Numbered from the stretch's first letter, positions 1 through 10,498 are shown. The stretch: DNA of 51,809 nt from an uncultured archaeon (GCA_964392755.1 CAYMRE010000001.1:1-51809); one strand, 5' to 3'. Program-made: numbers and translations. The notes: generated by a model not told the origin, from the sequence alone.

Positions 1-1
1 A

Positions 2-67
2 AGCGAAGGTTATTACTTGGACGAGAAATTAATCGAACAGTTTTTGAAAAGCCTCGATGAAGCATAG
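2..67 (+). CDS. 3' end of a gene entering the window, probably a PIN/DUF3368-like protein
   Basis: Manual translation SEGYYLDEKLIEQFLKSLDEA* (TAG 65-67) resembles the 'GxYL-x-xxLIxxxL' C-terminus of archaeal DUF3368 PIN proteins; only 21 codons visible. Confidence 0.4.
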   Translation, partial: SEGYYLDEKLIEQFLKSLDEA

Positions 68-93
68 ATTTAAACTATAAGTACCTACAATCT

Positions 94-289
94 TTAATCT
101 TTACCCTTTAATAACTCCTCAACAGCTTGAGTATCCAAAGCGAGAAATTTTCCAGATTTCAATCCGTATTCTATATATCTTACGATCATTCGTCCAAATA
201 GGATCGTTAAGCTTTAAAGCTAAGGCAATGAATGGAAAATCGTCTGGATCGAGATCATCTGCTACCTTTTTGACCACTTGGATGTACAT
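94..289 (-). pseudogene. PIN-domain (VapC-like) toxin remnant, truncated and frameshifted
   Basis: Minus strand from ATG 289: MYIQVVKKVADDLDPDDFPFIALALKLNDPIWTNDRK.. (DPDDxPFIALA..IWTND PIN motif); continues in another frame as IEYGLKSGKFLALDTQAVEELLKGKD* (TAA at 94-96); N-terminal DTN motif absent. Confidence 0.7.
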
Positions 290-436
290 TCGACGGATTT
301 CAATTTTAACTTAACTTTGAATAAGACCATGTTTTTCTTTTGATCTTCCCGTCTATTTTTAAAAACGGATCCGCTTCGATTATAAATTTTCTCAATGTCC
401 AGAATCCTTATAAATTCCCAAAAACAACAAAACCAC

Positions 437-691
437 ATGGGAAAGATCATTCAAATCGAAGTTCCGGAAGAAGTGGCAAAGTTCATCGAAAAAAATGCGA
501 GATTAAAGGAAAAAATTGTCAAAAAAATAATCGAAGAAACGGTTTACGATAAAATGATAAAAGAAGGAAAGGTATCCAAAGAAGTCATCAATTTCCTTGT
601 TCAAGAAGAGGACGTATCGTTAGAAGACGAGGAAGAAATATTATTAAGAGAAACAAAGAAAAAAGAAAGAGAGCGAGTAAAATGGCTGTAA
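437..691 (+). CDS. Putative VapB-type antitoxin (84 aa, charged)
   Basis: MGKIIQIEVPEEV beta-strand/helix start, acidic C-terminus, 3' end overlaps the start of the downstream PIN gene. Confidence 0.65.
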   Translation: MGKIIQIEVPEEVAKFIEKNARLKEKIVKKIIEETVYDKMIKEGKVSKEVINFLVQEEDVSLEDEEEILLRETKKKERERVKWL

Positions 692-985
692 TAGATACGA
701 ATATAGCCATCGATAAATTTTAACTCGGTAATAACCGCTATCGAATTTCCACCAATTCTGAGCTACGACAAGTTTAAAGGTATAGTCTACACGATTACTC
801 CGCAAGATCAAATACTCGCAATAAAAATTCAACGCCTTCTCAGAAAAATGGGTAAACCGAAAGCATCCTCAGATATATTAATAGCTTCGATATGCGTAAA
901 CAGAAACGAAGAACTAATTACGAGAGATGCTGATTTTCTGGATATTGCAAAGGTATCAAATCTAAAAGTGAAACTACCCAAATGA
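682..985 (+). pseudogene. vapC: VapC/PIN toxin interrupted by a +1 frameshift
   Basis: ATG 682 MAVIDTNIAIDKF* (TAA 721-723); +1 frame continues NSVITAIEFPPIL...SDILIASICVNRNEELITRDADF...LPK* (TGA 983-985) with the PIN acidic residues. Confidence 0.8.
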
Positions 986-999
986 AATTATGCAAAAAA

Positions 1000-2724
1000 T
1001 CAGAAGGACAGAATCTCGGCACCGCTGACAAAATCTGGATCCAATCCATCCACAAGAGGTTTTGTTGCCGATGGAAACTCGCATTCGTAGCTAATAACAA
1101 TCTCTTCAAACGGCTTCAGCTCCAGATCCCAAACCTTTCCCGAATCGTACAGCTTGAACTTACGTTTGGATCTGCTGAAGTTTGAAACGGTTATCTTAAC
1201 TATCTTACCATCTACAACCTTCTCGACGTGAACTTTTCCCGTTATTCTCGCTAAAACCTTGCTTACATCTATCTCATCCTTCTCAAGTATCTCCGCACAC
1301 TTCTTAGCAATGAGGGGTATTATCTTCAGTAGTGCTCCTTCTTTCTTTCTCTTTTCCTGAATTGCCTTTTTCTTGTCGAGATACGCTTTTAACTTACGTC
1401 CAACTTCCTGCAAAGCAAGCCTAACCTCTTCAACTATCTCAGGAATTCCAGCAATCGCTTCTTTGGATTCCGATGTGTAGGGGATGTTAGTCGATGCGAC
1501 GTGAATCAGAATCACCATCGGTGCATTCGGTAATTCGTTCTTGTTCTGCTGAACACCGTAGGATTTCCAGTTTACACTCTCCACAGCTTTTGTTAGGGCA
1601 CAGCCACCCTGCTGATAAAGCAAGGGGATTCTGTTTGCAAATCTCATGAGTATGGTTTTTTCGGTATTTACACCGTAAGCCAAGCCAACCTCCACCAAAA
1701 ACGGATTCCCGGAGTAAACTTTCGGCTTCCTCGATACAGCACACACGAACTCAGGCTTAAACTCTGAAACCAAGCTCTTGATTATCAGATCCTCACCAAT
1801 CGGTGAAAGACAGTCGGTAGGAGGGGGTAGTAACTGCGTTTCCTTAAAAGCCTCCAACAACTTCATAGCCTCTTCTCTTGTAACCGCTCTCGGATGCTTA
1901 TTTTGTAAGCCCGATTTCCTCAGAATCTCCTCAGCAGTCTTCTCCCCAACCCTTGAAAATTCTTTTATCAGAAACTCCTTCAAATTCTTGGCTCTGGAAT
2001 CTTTCAGCATCTTAATGAGGTTTCCGAGCTCTATTCCATGAGGATGAGGCTTTATAGCTTTGGGAATCTTTGGCAATTCGTAACTCACTCTTTCAAACTC
2101 GTGAATCTCTCCATCGGGCTCTATGAAAGTTATCCTTGCATGGGGATTTACTATCGAAGTTTGCCTTAGATACTCATAAACGCTCTGTCTCCTTCCCTTT
2201 ACGTAGCTTCCTTCAACTTCGAGTTCTATCCTTAGCCCGTGAGGTCTGTGCCATTCAACCTTTTCCTCTCTAACTACTTCAGGCTCGTTTCTCTTTGTGT
2301 CGATCAAAATTTCGAACAGCCAAGCGTTTTCTCCCTTTCTTTTCGAGATGACTTTCGTAGGTTTTCCAGTTGTTAGCTGAGCGTAAAGAACCGCAGAGCT
2401 TATACCTATTCCTTGCTGACCCCTGCTCTGCTTCAAAGTATGAAAACGCGAACCGTAAAGAAGCTTTCCAAAAATCTTCGGAATCTCAATCTTCTCAATA
2501 CCGGGTCCGTTGTCCTCAACAGTTATCCTGTAGTGTTTGTCAACCCTGTTTATTCGGACGAGGATGTCTGGAAGAATTCCTGCTTCCTCTGTCGCATCCA
2601 AGCTGTTGTCTACCGCTTCTTTAACGCATGTAACCAAAGCTTTCGCTGGATTTGAGTATCCTAAGATGTGCTTGTTCTTTTCGAAGAACTCCGCAACGCT
2701 AATCTCCTTCGGCTTCTCGATCAT
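1000..2724 (-). CDS. top6B: DNA topoisomerase VI subunit B
   Basis: [39 protein letters not shown] motifs; RFANRIPL transducer. Confidence 0.97.
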   Translation of the reverse strand: MIEKPKEISVAEFFEKNKHILGYSNPAKALVTCVKEAVDNSLDATEEAGILPDILVRINRVDKHYRITVEDNGPGIEKIEIPKIFGKLLYGSRFHTLKQSRGQQGIGISSAVLYAQLTTGKPTKVISKRKGENAWLFEILIDTKRNEPEVVREEKVEWHRPHGLRIELEVEGSYVKGRRQSVYEYLRQTSIVNPHARITFIEPDGEIHEFERVSYELPKIPKAIKPHPHGIELGNLIKMLKDSRAKNLKEFLIKEFSRVGEKTAEEILRKSGLQNKHPRAVTREEAMKLLEAFKETQLLPPPTDCLSPIGEDLIIKSLVSEFKPEFVCAVSRKPKVYSGNPFLVEVGLAYGVNTEKTILMRFANRIPLLYQQGGCALTKAVESVNWKSYGVQQNKNELPNAPMVILIHVASTNIPYTSESKEAIAGIPEIVEEVRLALQEVGRKLKAYLDKKKAIQEKRKKEGALLKIIPLIAKKCAEILEKDEIDVSKVLARITGKVHVEKVVDGKIVKITVSNFSRSKRKFKLYDSGKVWDLELKPFEEIVISYECEFPSATKPLVDGLDPDFVSGAEILSF

Positions 2725-2954
2725 TCCAGTTCAGCCCCTATTACGGTTTGAGTTTTCGTAACTCCGTCAAGCCCCCTTATTTTATCGACCGTCTTATTTA
2801 ACTCAGTCAAATCCTTAGCTTCAACTATGACGACGAAATCGAACTCTCCGAAAACGTGAATTACATCCCGTACATTTTCAAGACTTTTTACAGCACTGTA
2901 AAAATCCCTCTCCTTACCCGGCTGAACGTTTACCATGGTTACAGCGATTACCAT
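2721..2954 (-). CDS. Stand-alone Lrp/AsnC ligand-binding (RAM) domain protein
   Basis: 77 aa, [20 protein letters not shown] pattern; 4-nt overlap with top6B. Confidence 0.85.
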   Translation of the reverse strand: MVIAVTMVNVQPGKERDFYSAVKSLENVRDVIHVFGEFDFVVIVEAKDLTELNKTVDKIRGLDGVTKTQTVIGAELE

Positions 2955-2976
2955 ACATCTCGCTGGTCGAACAAAT

Positions 2977-4473
2977 TTAAAGGATTATCGAAAGTGCGAA
3001 GGACATTGCAAGTAGTGCAAAGTACAATTTTGTAACGCTCAGACCGAATCTACCGACTTCGTCGATAAATCTGCAGAAGCTTTTACCTACGACATCGATT
3101 TCAACGTCTCTCTTAGCAAAGTAAACGTCGCAATCTTCAAAGTTTAATTTGAAGCATTCTTCGAGTATTTCGAAGATTACCCTATCCCTTTCATCGGAAC
3201 CTACGGGGAGGTATGTGAATTTCGTGCTGATTCCCGTCTTCGAATGGTTGTCCGTTGAGGCAACTATAGCCTTAAAACCCCTCTTTGCACAAAAATCTTC
3301 AATCTCCTTTCTGAATTCGAGCTTCACGTTGTTTCCATCCACAACTACAATTGCGTACCTCTCAAAACCGTAATCAAGCAGTAGAACTGCAACACTACCG
3401 CATATACTGTTCGTTTCAACTCTAAACTTCTTGAAAACGTACTTCATCTCACAAGGCTCGCTTTCAAACTCAAGTCCCCTGTTCACAAGCTCTTTCAACT
3501 CCTCAAGGTTTGGTTTGAATTCTTCGCAATGGGCATTGTGTGCATCGACGATTACCGCATTATCAACGTTCAAATCGTAAGGTAGGTCGTCTATGCACTT
3601 CTTACCGACTATGAACATTAGTCTGATCTTATCGAACGGAAAAACCCTGAGAATGTAGTTATCGCTTTCCAAATCGAAGGGCTTCATAGGTTTAAGCTTA
3701 ACATCATCACAATCTATCGAATCGATTAATCTTTCTACATCATTGGCGCTTGCAGGGTTTAGAGAGTGGTCGGTTGGACTGTGGAGGTATACCGCATTTT
3801 CTATCGAGTTTATTCTTTCTACAAGCCTTGCTCCTCCGATGTTCCTCATAGGACCGGGATGGAAGGACGTTGTCACCAACTTAACTTTGCCAATCTTCAA
3901 ACACTTTATCCAGCCTCTGAAGCTCGTAGCTCTCTTCTTCAGAACTTCTTCAAAGTAGGATGGGTCTCCCGTTAGCCAAGAAAGCAGAAACCTCTTGAAG
4001 TAAAGACGGACATTGTATCCGTTTATCTCTTTACTTAGGAATTTTATGAAGATGATGCCGAGTAACACTCCAAGGATTGTTGCGACGTTCGGATAAAGCA
4101 AAAGAGATTCCACGGAAGATGCTATCGAAACTTTGAGTGTCTCCGCTTCCGATGCGAAGTATAGGACAGTCGTTGTTATAAAGGCAACGAATATACCAAC
4201 CGGATTTGTGTTGAGATACTTTGAGAGTGCGTTTATCAGGATAGATGAAATTGATATGAAGGCTACGAAGAATGAATACCTCTTAATGTCGAATTTGATG
4301 CCCAGTATCGGAATGAATAGAGCCAAGGCGATTGAAAAGGCTGTGAAGTTGAGAACTCCAAAATTAAGCTCATATATTATAAAAAATGAAAAACTCAAGA
4401 TTATTACCGTAGTGAATAGGTTTGGAGTGGAAAAGGCTATCCTGTGAAGTCTTTCAAGAGCTTCGGTGTTCAT
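2977..4473 (-). CDS. DUF2070-family membrane protein
   Basis: N-terminal TM bundle, HPGP..GG, VDAHN, DGNN, STDNH motifs, C-terminal TM. Confidence 0.8.
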   Translation of the reverse strand: MNTEALERLHRIAFSTPNLFTTVIILSFSFFIIYELNFGVLNFTAFSIALALFIPILGIKFDIKRYSFFVAFISISSILINALSKYLNTNPVGIFVAFITTTVLYFASEAETLKVSIASSVESLLLYPNVATILGVLLGIIFIKFLSKEINGYNVRLYFKRFLLSWLTGDPSYFEEVLKKRATSFRGWIKCLKIGKVKLVTTSFHPGPMRNIGGARLVERINSIENAVYLHSPTDHSLNPASANDVERLIDSIDCDDVKLKPMKPFDLESDNYILRVFPFDKIRLMFIVGKKCIDDLPYDLNVDNAVIVDAHNAHCEEFKPNLEELKELVNRGLEFESEPCEMKYVFKKFRVETNSICGSVAVLLLDYGFERYAIVVVDGNNVKLEFRKEIEDFCAKRGFKAIVASTDNHSKTGISTKFTYLPVGSDERDRVIFEILEECFKLNFEDCDVYFAKRDVEIDVVGKSFCRFIDEVGRFGLSVTKLYFALLAMSFALSIIL

Positions 4474-5606
4474 ATCAGCAATCTCATGAGCTTTATTCCC
4501 TCAACAAACCCCAGCTTTCCTTTCCTGCAACTAAATTCGTCGAACTTCTTGACGTCATCTCTCTTCCATCCGAACAACAGCACGGGAACGGGATCGCTCG
4601 TATGGGTTCTCAGTTTTACGGGTGTTGGATGGTCGGGGAGGAGCATTATCTTTGTTTCATCCAAGTCAATTCTGTCTATTATGTATCCGACGATCTTCTC
4701 ATCGTAAAGTTCGATTCCTTCTATCTTCTTCTCCAAATCGCCTTCGTGGCTTACTTCATCTATTCCTTCAACGTGAAGCATGACGAAATCGTGATCCCTC
4801 AAAGCTTTAAGCGTTGCCTTTGCCAGTCCCTTGTAGTTCGTATCTATATAACCCGTAGCTCCTTCAACCTCAATCACGTCCATTCCCAAACCCCTTCCTA
4901 TCCCCAAGATCAAATCGACTTCAGAGATTAAAGCTCCCTTAACCCCGTAAAGCTCCTTGAACTTCGGAAAGTTGGGCATCTTCCCCCCGCTCCAAGGCCA
5001 GATCATGTTCGCCTTCTTTGTGACCTTAGGCAGGATTTCCTTCGATCTCTCCATAAGTTCTATCAACAACTTGGCTAAATCGCATCCCCTTGGAAGGAAA
5101 TCGTCGATTCTCTTTTCGGTTATATCGTGCGGTGGAGTAGTCTTAACCTTGCAGTCGTAATCCTTGTCTATCACGAGTAGACCCCTGTAACTCTTTCCGC
5201 TATAAAATTTGACAAAATCGTAAGGATTTTCCTCGTTTAAAGCCTTAAAGACCTCTTTAGCCTCATCATCGCTTATCCTACCAGCGCTGTAATCTTTCAT
5301 GATGCCGTTCTCAATCCTAACGAGGTTGCATCTGAAAACTATCTTTCCCCCAATTCCTTTAGCTAAAGCTTCGATTGGTCCTCTACCTGTGTAGTATTTT
5401 CTAACATCTATTCCCAAAATTGTCAGATTCGCTATATCGCTCCCCGGCTCAAAACCATCGGGAACTGTCTTTGCGATACCGCAACAGCCCTCCTTAGCCA
5501 AGAAATCCATGTTCGGCTTGTCTGCAACTTCTAAGGGTGTCCTGTTGCCGAGCTCTTCAATTCTGTAATCAGCCATTCCATCTGGAATGAGCAGGAGATA
5601 CTTCAT
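4470..5606 (-). CDS. apgM: Cofactor-independent phosphoglycerate mutase (archaeal ApgM family)
   Basis: [40 protein letters not shown]; start moved to ATG 5606. Confidence 0.92.
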   Translation of the reverse strand: MKYLLLIPDGMADYRIEELGNRTPLEVADKPNMDFLAKEGCCGIAKTVPDGFEPGSDIANLTILGIDVRKYYTGRGPIEALAKGIGGKIVFRCNLVRIENGIMKDYSAGRISDDEAKEVFKALNEENPYDFVKFYSGKSYRGLLVIDKDYDCKVKTTPPHDITEKRIDDFLPRGCDLAKLLIELMERSKEILPKVTKKANMIWPWSGGKMPNFPKFKELYGVKGALISEVDLILGIGRGLGMDVIEVEGATGYIDTNYKGLAKATLKALRDHDFVMLHVEGIDEVSHEGDLEKKIEGIELYDEKIVGYIIDRIDLDETKIMLLPDHPTPVKLRTHTSDPVPVLLFGWKRDDVKKFDEFSCRKGKLGFVEGIKLMRLLI

Positions 5607-5676
5607 CGCCCGAACTCTTAGCGTTGTTAAATAACGGTATCGCAATCCTTTTATGTTCTCACTCAACATTGAATTA

Positions 5677-5749
<73 letters not shown>

Positions 5750-5801
5750 TCTTCGCAACTTTCTCTTTCCTCCTGAACGTATTCGAGTTTTCTGCGGTTA
5801 G

Positions 5802-5904
5802 AACAAACGATTAAAATGTAAGAACTGCGGATACGGATTTCAAAAGCACAAAAGAAAGCACATCTCTCGAATGCAAGTCAGCAGATGTTGAAGTTTTAGG
5901 ATAA
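5802..5904 (+). pseudogene. Possible zinc-ribbon gene relic
   Basis: KRLKCKNCGYGF in one frame, then SLECKSADVEVLG* in another; no start codon. Confidence 0.35.
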
Positions 5905-5911
5905 AAATTTT

Positions 5912-7252
5912 TTATTGAGCTAGCATTTTTTCTTCCCACTTCTTCAGATAACTCGAACTTTGGCTAACATCTACGAATAGCTCCGATGCTCTCTTCACAT
6001 CTTCAACCTCTACTCTGTCCGAATTTCTGAGCTTCGCAAATTCATAGGCTGGTGCAAGCAGTTGAACAGCATATCTAAGACTGTTCTTCTCTCCCAAATC
6101 CGTAAGCATTTCCAAAGCTTCCTCACTCAACTTGATTCCCGATTCTTCAGCCCTAATCTCTATGATCTTCTTTATCTCGTCCCTCGAATAAGGCTCAGTT
6201 GTGATTATCAGAAGTCTGTCGAGTAGATCAAGCGGAATTCCGTGTGGGGAGACTATATCGGTTCCTCTGATTTTTGCAAATCCCCTGTTCGATGCCAAGA
6301 TTATTATCGGTGCCATCTCCGACTCCATTGCACGATTCATGAAGGCAAAGAGCTCGATGTCCATCAGATGTGTTTCATCTATGAAGAGGACACCGGGTAT
6401 GAGCTCAGCCCTCCCCTCCTCGACCCACCTCTTAACCTGTTCATCTACCGCTTCCCTTACCTCACTATCAATCTCCTTGCTAACTGGCTCGAACAGGCTG
6501 AAAATTCCTCCTCTCCTTGCATTAGCCTCATCCAAATCGTGTAGGGTTATCACGTATGTAAACTCTTTCTCCTTTTCAATTCTGCCGGATGGAACCTCTA
6601 CAGTCTCCTCCCCTATATCGTACTTCTTAGCTCTCTCGCTCTTCCCCAGCTTGACAATTCTTCCAGTCTCCTTGTCTATCATGATAACATCTCCAACCTC
6701 GATACCCTGATAGAGGAACTGCAAGGCAAGCCTACCGCTTACGGTGAACGTCCTCTTCTCATCTTTTGTTGCCAGTGTTAGAGTTGCGGATTCTGGAATC
6801 TTTTGCGTTGGATTGTACGGGTTGGGAACCATGTTGTAATCCAAGCCGACAACTTCCCCCTCCAAGACTATTCTCCTTTCCTTAATTCTAACACCTATAG
6901 CCTTTCTCATGGCTTGAATCAGAGCTTCGGTCTTCTTCATCTCCGCACTGTAGAACTCACTCGCTGACACTTGAACAAAGGGTATGTCTTTACCGAGTTC
7001 CTTACTTATAGCAACGGCTATCGCCGTTTTACCCGTTCCCGGTGGACCTGCTATCAGTATTCCTCTTCCAGCCATCTTTCCGGACTTTATCAGCCTAACG
7101 ATGACTCCTGCCGCTTCTCTTGCCTTCTTCTGTCCCACCAAACCATCAGCTACATCCAAAGCCCTCAGATTTTCATCCAACCCCAAGCCCTTGATGTGCG
7201 AATGTGCTCCGATCCTCTCAAACTTCTGAATCTCCTTGATCTCGATAGCCAT
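5912..7252 (-). CDS. RuvB-like AAA+ ATPase TIP49
   Basis: RIGAHSHIKGLGL, GPPGTGKT, LFIDETH, SPHGIPLDLLDR; start at MAIEIKE. Confidence 0.95.
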   Translation of the reverse strand: MAIEIKEIQKFERIGAHSHIKGLGLDENLRALDVADGLVGQKKAREAAGVIVRLIKSGKMAGRGILIAGPPGTGKTAIAVAISKELGKDIPFVQVSASEFYSAEMKKTEALIQAMRKAIGVRIKERRIVLEGEVVGLDYNMVPNPYNPTQKIPESATLTLATKDEKRTFTVSGRLALQFLYQGIEVGDVIMIDKETGRIVKLGKSERAKKYDIGEETVEVPSGRIEKEKEFTYVITLHDLDEANARRGGIFSLFEPVSKEIDSEVREAVDEQVKRWVEEGRAELIPGVLFIDETHLMDIELFAFMNRAMESEMAPIIILASNRGFAKIRGTDIVSPHGIPLDLLDRLLIITTEPYSRDEIKKIIEIRAEESGIKLSEEALEMLTDLGEKNSLRYAVQLLAPAYEFAKLRNSDRVEVEDVKRASELFVDVSQSSSYLKKWEEKMLAQ

Positions 7253-7357
7253 CGCAATCACCTCCAAGAATCGCTGTCGATTAGTGAAACGAACTGAATT
7301 TAAAAATTATCTTGAACGAACATTAATTAGTTTGTCACAAGTTAAGTACGACCTTCG

Positions 7358-8611
7358 TTATCCCCTGTTTTCTCTCCTTCTGATCCTCTCCAAAATCTCT
7401 TTAGCCTTGCTCATGCTTATGTTGCCCTCTTTGAGCATCTCTTCAACTATCTTCTCAACTTCTTCACCTTTAGCTCCCACAGACAAAGCTAAACTCCTTG
7501 CATGCAACTCCATATGTCCCCTCTGAATACCCTCAGTTACCAAAGCCCTCAAAGCGGCGAAGTTCTGAGCTAATCCAACGGAAGCTATGACTCTTGCAAG
7601 TTCTTCAGCACTCTTAACACCCAAAATTTTCAGACAAATCCTTGCGAGAGGATTTGCCTTTGCACCGCCAACAACCCCAACGGACATCGGAAGTTCGATA
7701 TAACCGACCAAATCTCCATCCTCGTTTATCTCGTAGTGTGTGAGAGGCTTATAGCCTTGCATTGCTGAGTAAGCATGACAGGCTGATTCTACAGCCCTGA
7801 AGTCGTTGCCAGTTGCAATAAGCACGGCACAAACTCCGTTCATTATGCCTTTGTTGTGTGTCGCACATCTGTATACGTCGATCTTAGCAAGCTCGTAAGC
7901 CTTGATGATCCCTTCAACCACTTCTTGGCCTCCAACAGCCTTCTTATCGAAGACAGCTTTGGCTATCGCAAGTCTGTGGGGGCATAGGTTTGAGAGAATT
8001 CTAAGTAAGACTTTTCCGCCCGTAATTCGCTCTATAAACGGAGCTATTCTTTCACAAACGGAGTTTATGAAGTTTGCCCCCATTGCATCTTTCACATCGA
8101 TCAAAAGATGCACGACGACCATATTCTCAAAGACCCTAACCGTTAAGTCCTTGCAACCTCCTCCGAGCTTGATGATCGATGACTCGATTTCGTTTGCCTT
8201 CTCCACTATCTCGTCCTTGTGCTTTAACACCTCAAATTTGGCTGAATGCGGATTCTCTGTCAAAACCTGAATCTGTCCTATCATGATCGAGCCAGTGTAG
8301 TAAGTTGTGAAACCACCCTTTACTCTTGCAATCTTTGCTCCGTGACTTGCAGCAGCAACAACGCTCGGCTCCTCTATAACCATTGGAACTAAGTAGTCCT
8401 TTCCGTCTATCAGGAAATTTGTCGCAATGCCTATTGGCAGTTCAAATGTTCCGATTACGTTCTCTATCATCGCATTAGCTTTATCCAAGCCGATCTTCGA
8501 AGTCTTCAAAAGCTCAACCTCCTCATCGCTTAAATCTGCAAAATCCTTGACGATCTTCAGTCTTTCCTCAACGCTGAGCTTGTAGAACCCGCTTAGACGG
8601 GACGTTTTCAT
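7358..8611 (-). CDS. mvaA: Hydroxymethylglutaryl-CoA reductase, class II
   Basis: SRLSGFYK, IENVIG, EEPSVVAA, DAMGAN, ATHNKGIMNG, GIQRGHM. Confidence 0.94.
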   Translation of the reverse strand: MKTSRLSGFYKLSVEERLKIVKDFADLSDEEVELLKTSKIGLDKANAMIENVIGTFELPIGIATNFLIDGKDYLVPMVIEEPSVVAAASHGAKIARVKGGFTTYYTGSIMIGQIQVLTENPHSAKFEVLKHKDEIVEKANEIESSIIKLGGGCKDLTVRVFENMVVVHLLIDVKDAMGANFINSVCERIAPFIERITGGKVLLRILSNLCPHRLAIAKAVFDKKAVGGQEVVEGIIKAYELAKIDVYRCATHNKGIMNGVCAVLIATGNDFRAVESACHAYSAMQGYKPLTHYEINEDGDLVGYIELPMSVGVVGGAKANPLARICLKILGVKSAEELARVIASVGLAQNFAALRALVTEGIQRGHMELHARSLALSVGAKGEEVEKIVEEMLKEGNISMSKAKEILERIRRRENRG

Positions 8612-8680
8612 GCTCGAAGGTTTTCGACACGTTTTAAAAACGATGATGAATGACAAAGAATATATACCATTCTTGAGAAT

Positions 8681-8698
8681 CATCTCACGATTGAGATG
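8681..8698. promoter_or_regulatory. 18-bp palindrome CATCTCA-CGAT-TGAGATG, candidate RbkR operator
   Basis: Perfect 7-bp arms, downstream of the TATA-like AATATATA (8659-8666) and overlapping the ribK ATG. Confidence 0.65.
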
Positions 8699-9343
8699 TT
8701 GCAGGTGCTGAAGGCTTTAGCTCTTATGAACGCAACGAGGAAGGTTCTAAAGATAAGCTCCAAGGAGTTGGCTGAAAAGATAGGTCAAAGCATACAAACT
8801 GCTTCAAGAAAACTGAAGGAGCTTGAAGATGAGGGTTTGATCGAAAGAACACTGACGAAGGACGGGCAATTTGTTGTGATAACCGATAAGGGGAGGGAGT
8901 TGCTCTACAGGGAATACCTCGACTACAAGCGGATTTTCGAAGGTGAGGGTGAATTTGTGATAAAAGGGAAGGTTTTCAGCGGTTTGGGTGAGGGGAGGTA
9001 TTACGTTTCTTTGGAGGGATACAAGAGGCAGTTTGAGGAGAAGTTGGGATTTACACCTTATCCGGGCACGCTCAACTTGAAAATCCCGAAGGAACAGATG
9101 TTTTTCAGAGCCAAGCTTGATGAGATGGACGGAATAAAGATTGAGGGTTTTAAGACGAAGGAGAGGACTTTCGGGGACGTTAAAGCTTTCAGATGTAGGG
9201 TTGACGGGATTGAAGGTGCTATTGTGATCCCTCAGAGGACTCACTATCCTAAGGACGTTATTGAGATAATCGCTCCCGTCAAGCTGAGGGATGTTTTGGG
9301 TTTGAAGGATGGGGATTGGGTAGAAGTGGAGGTGATAACGTGA
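8696..9343 (+). CDS. ribK: CTP-dependent riboflavin kinase with N-terminal HTH (RbkR)
   Basis: wHTH (SSKELA..QTASRKL) plus SGLGEGRYY, PYPGTLN, RTHY motifs. Confidence 0.93.
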   Translation: MLQVLKALALMNATRKVLKISSKELAEKIGQSIQTASRKLKELEDEGLIERTLTKDGQFVVITDKGRELLYREYLDYKRIFEGEGEFVIKGKVFSGLGEGRYYVSLEGYKRQFEEKLGFTPYPGTLNLKIPKEQMFFRAKLDEMDGIKIEGFKTKERTFGDVKAFRCRVDGIEGAIVIPQRTHYPKDVIEIIAPVKLRDVLGLKDGDWVEVEVIT

Positions 9344-10047
9344 TAGAGGAGGCTTTAAGGCATTTCAGGGCTGGTAAACCTGTCCTCATATACGATTTTG
9401 ACGATAGGGAAGGTGAAACCGATATAGCCATTCCAGCGATTGCGGTAACTCCTAAGGACGTTGCGATGATGAGAATAGATGGAGGAGGGCTTATATGCGT
9501 AGCTTTACATCCTAAAGCCTGTGAAAAGCTCAAGATTCCGTTCATGCACGACATACTGAAGGTGGCGAGCGAGAAGATGCCGGAACTTAGGAGCGTTGCC
9601 GATTTCGACATAAAATACGATTCGAGAAGCTCTTTTGCATTGTGGGTAAATCACAGAGACACCTTCACCGGAATAACGGATGTAGACAGAGCTTTAACCA
9701 TAAGGAGGTTGGGAGAAATCGTTGATTACGTCATGATCAACGGTAAGGAGTTCGATTTTGGCAGTGAGTTTAGGAGTCCGGGGCATGTTGCCGTTTTAAG
9801 AGCTTCGGACAACTTAGTTTATGAGAGGGTTGGACAAACAGAGCTTAGCGTTGCTCTGGCTGAAATGGCTGGAATAGCTCCAGCAGTAGCGATTTGCGAG
9901 ATGTTGGATGCTGAAACTGGGAGGGCTTTGAGCAAGAGGAAGGCTAAGGAGTATGCTGAAGAGAGGGGCATTCCTTTCGTTGAGGGTAGAGACATCGTTA
10001 AAGCCTACAAGAACTTTAGAGAGGAGAAGATGCTGATATTTGAGTGA
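9340..10047 (+). CDS. ribB: 3,4-dihydroxy-2-butanone-4-phosphate synthase
   Basis: DDREGETD, TFTGITDVDRA, FRSPGHV, GQTE, ICEML; GTG start after GGAGGTGA. Confidence 0.95.
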   Translation: MIEEALRHFRAGKPVLIYDFDDREGETDIAIPAIAVTPKDVAMMRIDGGGLICVALHPKACEKLKIPFMHDILKVASEKMPELRSVADFDIKYDSRSSFALWVNHRDTFTGITDVDRALTIRRLGEIVDYVMINGKEFDFGSEFRSPGHVAVLRASDNLVYERVGQTELSVALAEMAGIAPAVAICEMLDAETGRALSKRKAKEYAEERGIPFVEGRDIVKAYKNFREEKMLIFE

Positions 10048-10052
10048 GTCTC

Positions 10053-10085
10053 TTGCCGTTTTTGCCAAAAGGCAACGCTTATATT
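10053..10085 (+). promoter_or_regulatory. TTGCC-N4-GGCAA palindrome plus extra TTGCC half-site next to a TATA box
   Basis: TTGCC 10053, TTGCCAAAAGGCAA 10062-10075, CTTATATT 10078-10085. Confidence 0.4.
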
Positions 10086-10120
10086 TGTTTAAAAAACTTC
10101 GAAAGCAAGAGGTGATGTAA

Positions 10121-10495
10121 TTGAGAGTTGAAGATGTTATGAACGAACGATTGGAATTCATAGATGCGAATTCAAGCGTTAAAGAGGCTATCGATCTCAT
10201 GCTTGAGAAGCGTATTAGGTCATTGCTTGTCAAACCTCGTAATGAAATGGATTGTTACGGGGTAATAACGGTTAGAGATATTGTCTTCGGTGTTTTTGCA
10301 AACGATTTGAAGCCGGAGGATGTTAGAGTCGGAGATATAGCTTCAAAACCAATAGTTACAGTTCCGAAGGGGACGGAGCTAATGAATGTAGTTAGGTTCA
10401 TGAAGAGGTTCAATATAGCGAGAGTGTTCGTTTTGGATGATGGCAAGATAGTTGGGGTTGTCTCTCTCATGGATATAATGAAAGCTCTGGGGTGA
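10121..10495 (+). CDS. CBS-domain pair protein
   Basis: VEDVM, GVITVRDI, VGDIASKPIVTV, GVVSLMDI; SD GAGGTGA upstream of TTG. Confidence 0.9.
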   Translation: MRVEDVMNERLEFIDANSSVKEAIDLMLEKRIRSLLVKPRNEMDCYGVITVRDIVFGVFANDLKPEDVRVGDIASKPIVTVPKGTELMNVVRFMKRFNIARVFVLDDGKIVGVVSLMDIMKALG

Positions 10496-10498
10496 AAC

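Noticed and set aside
1000..2724. top6B without adjacent top6A as an anomaly
   Set aside because: The two subunits need not be adjacent; top6A may lie elsewhere and cannot be judged from this window
8643..8695. C/D box sRNA starting at ATGATGA
   Set aside because: No CTGA D/D' boxes at proper spacing; the region is explained by divergent promoters and the operator
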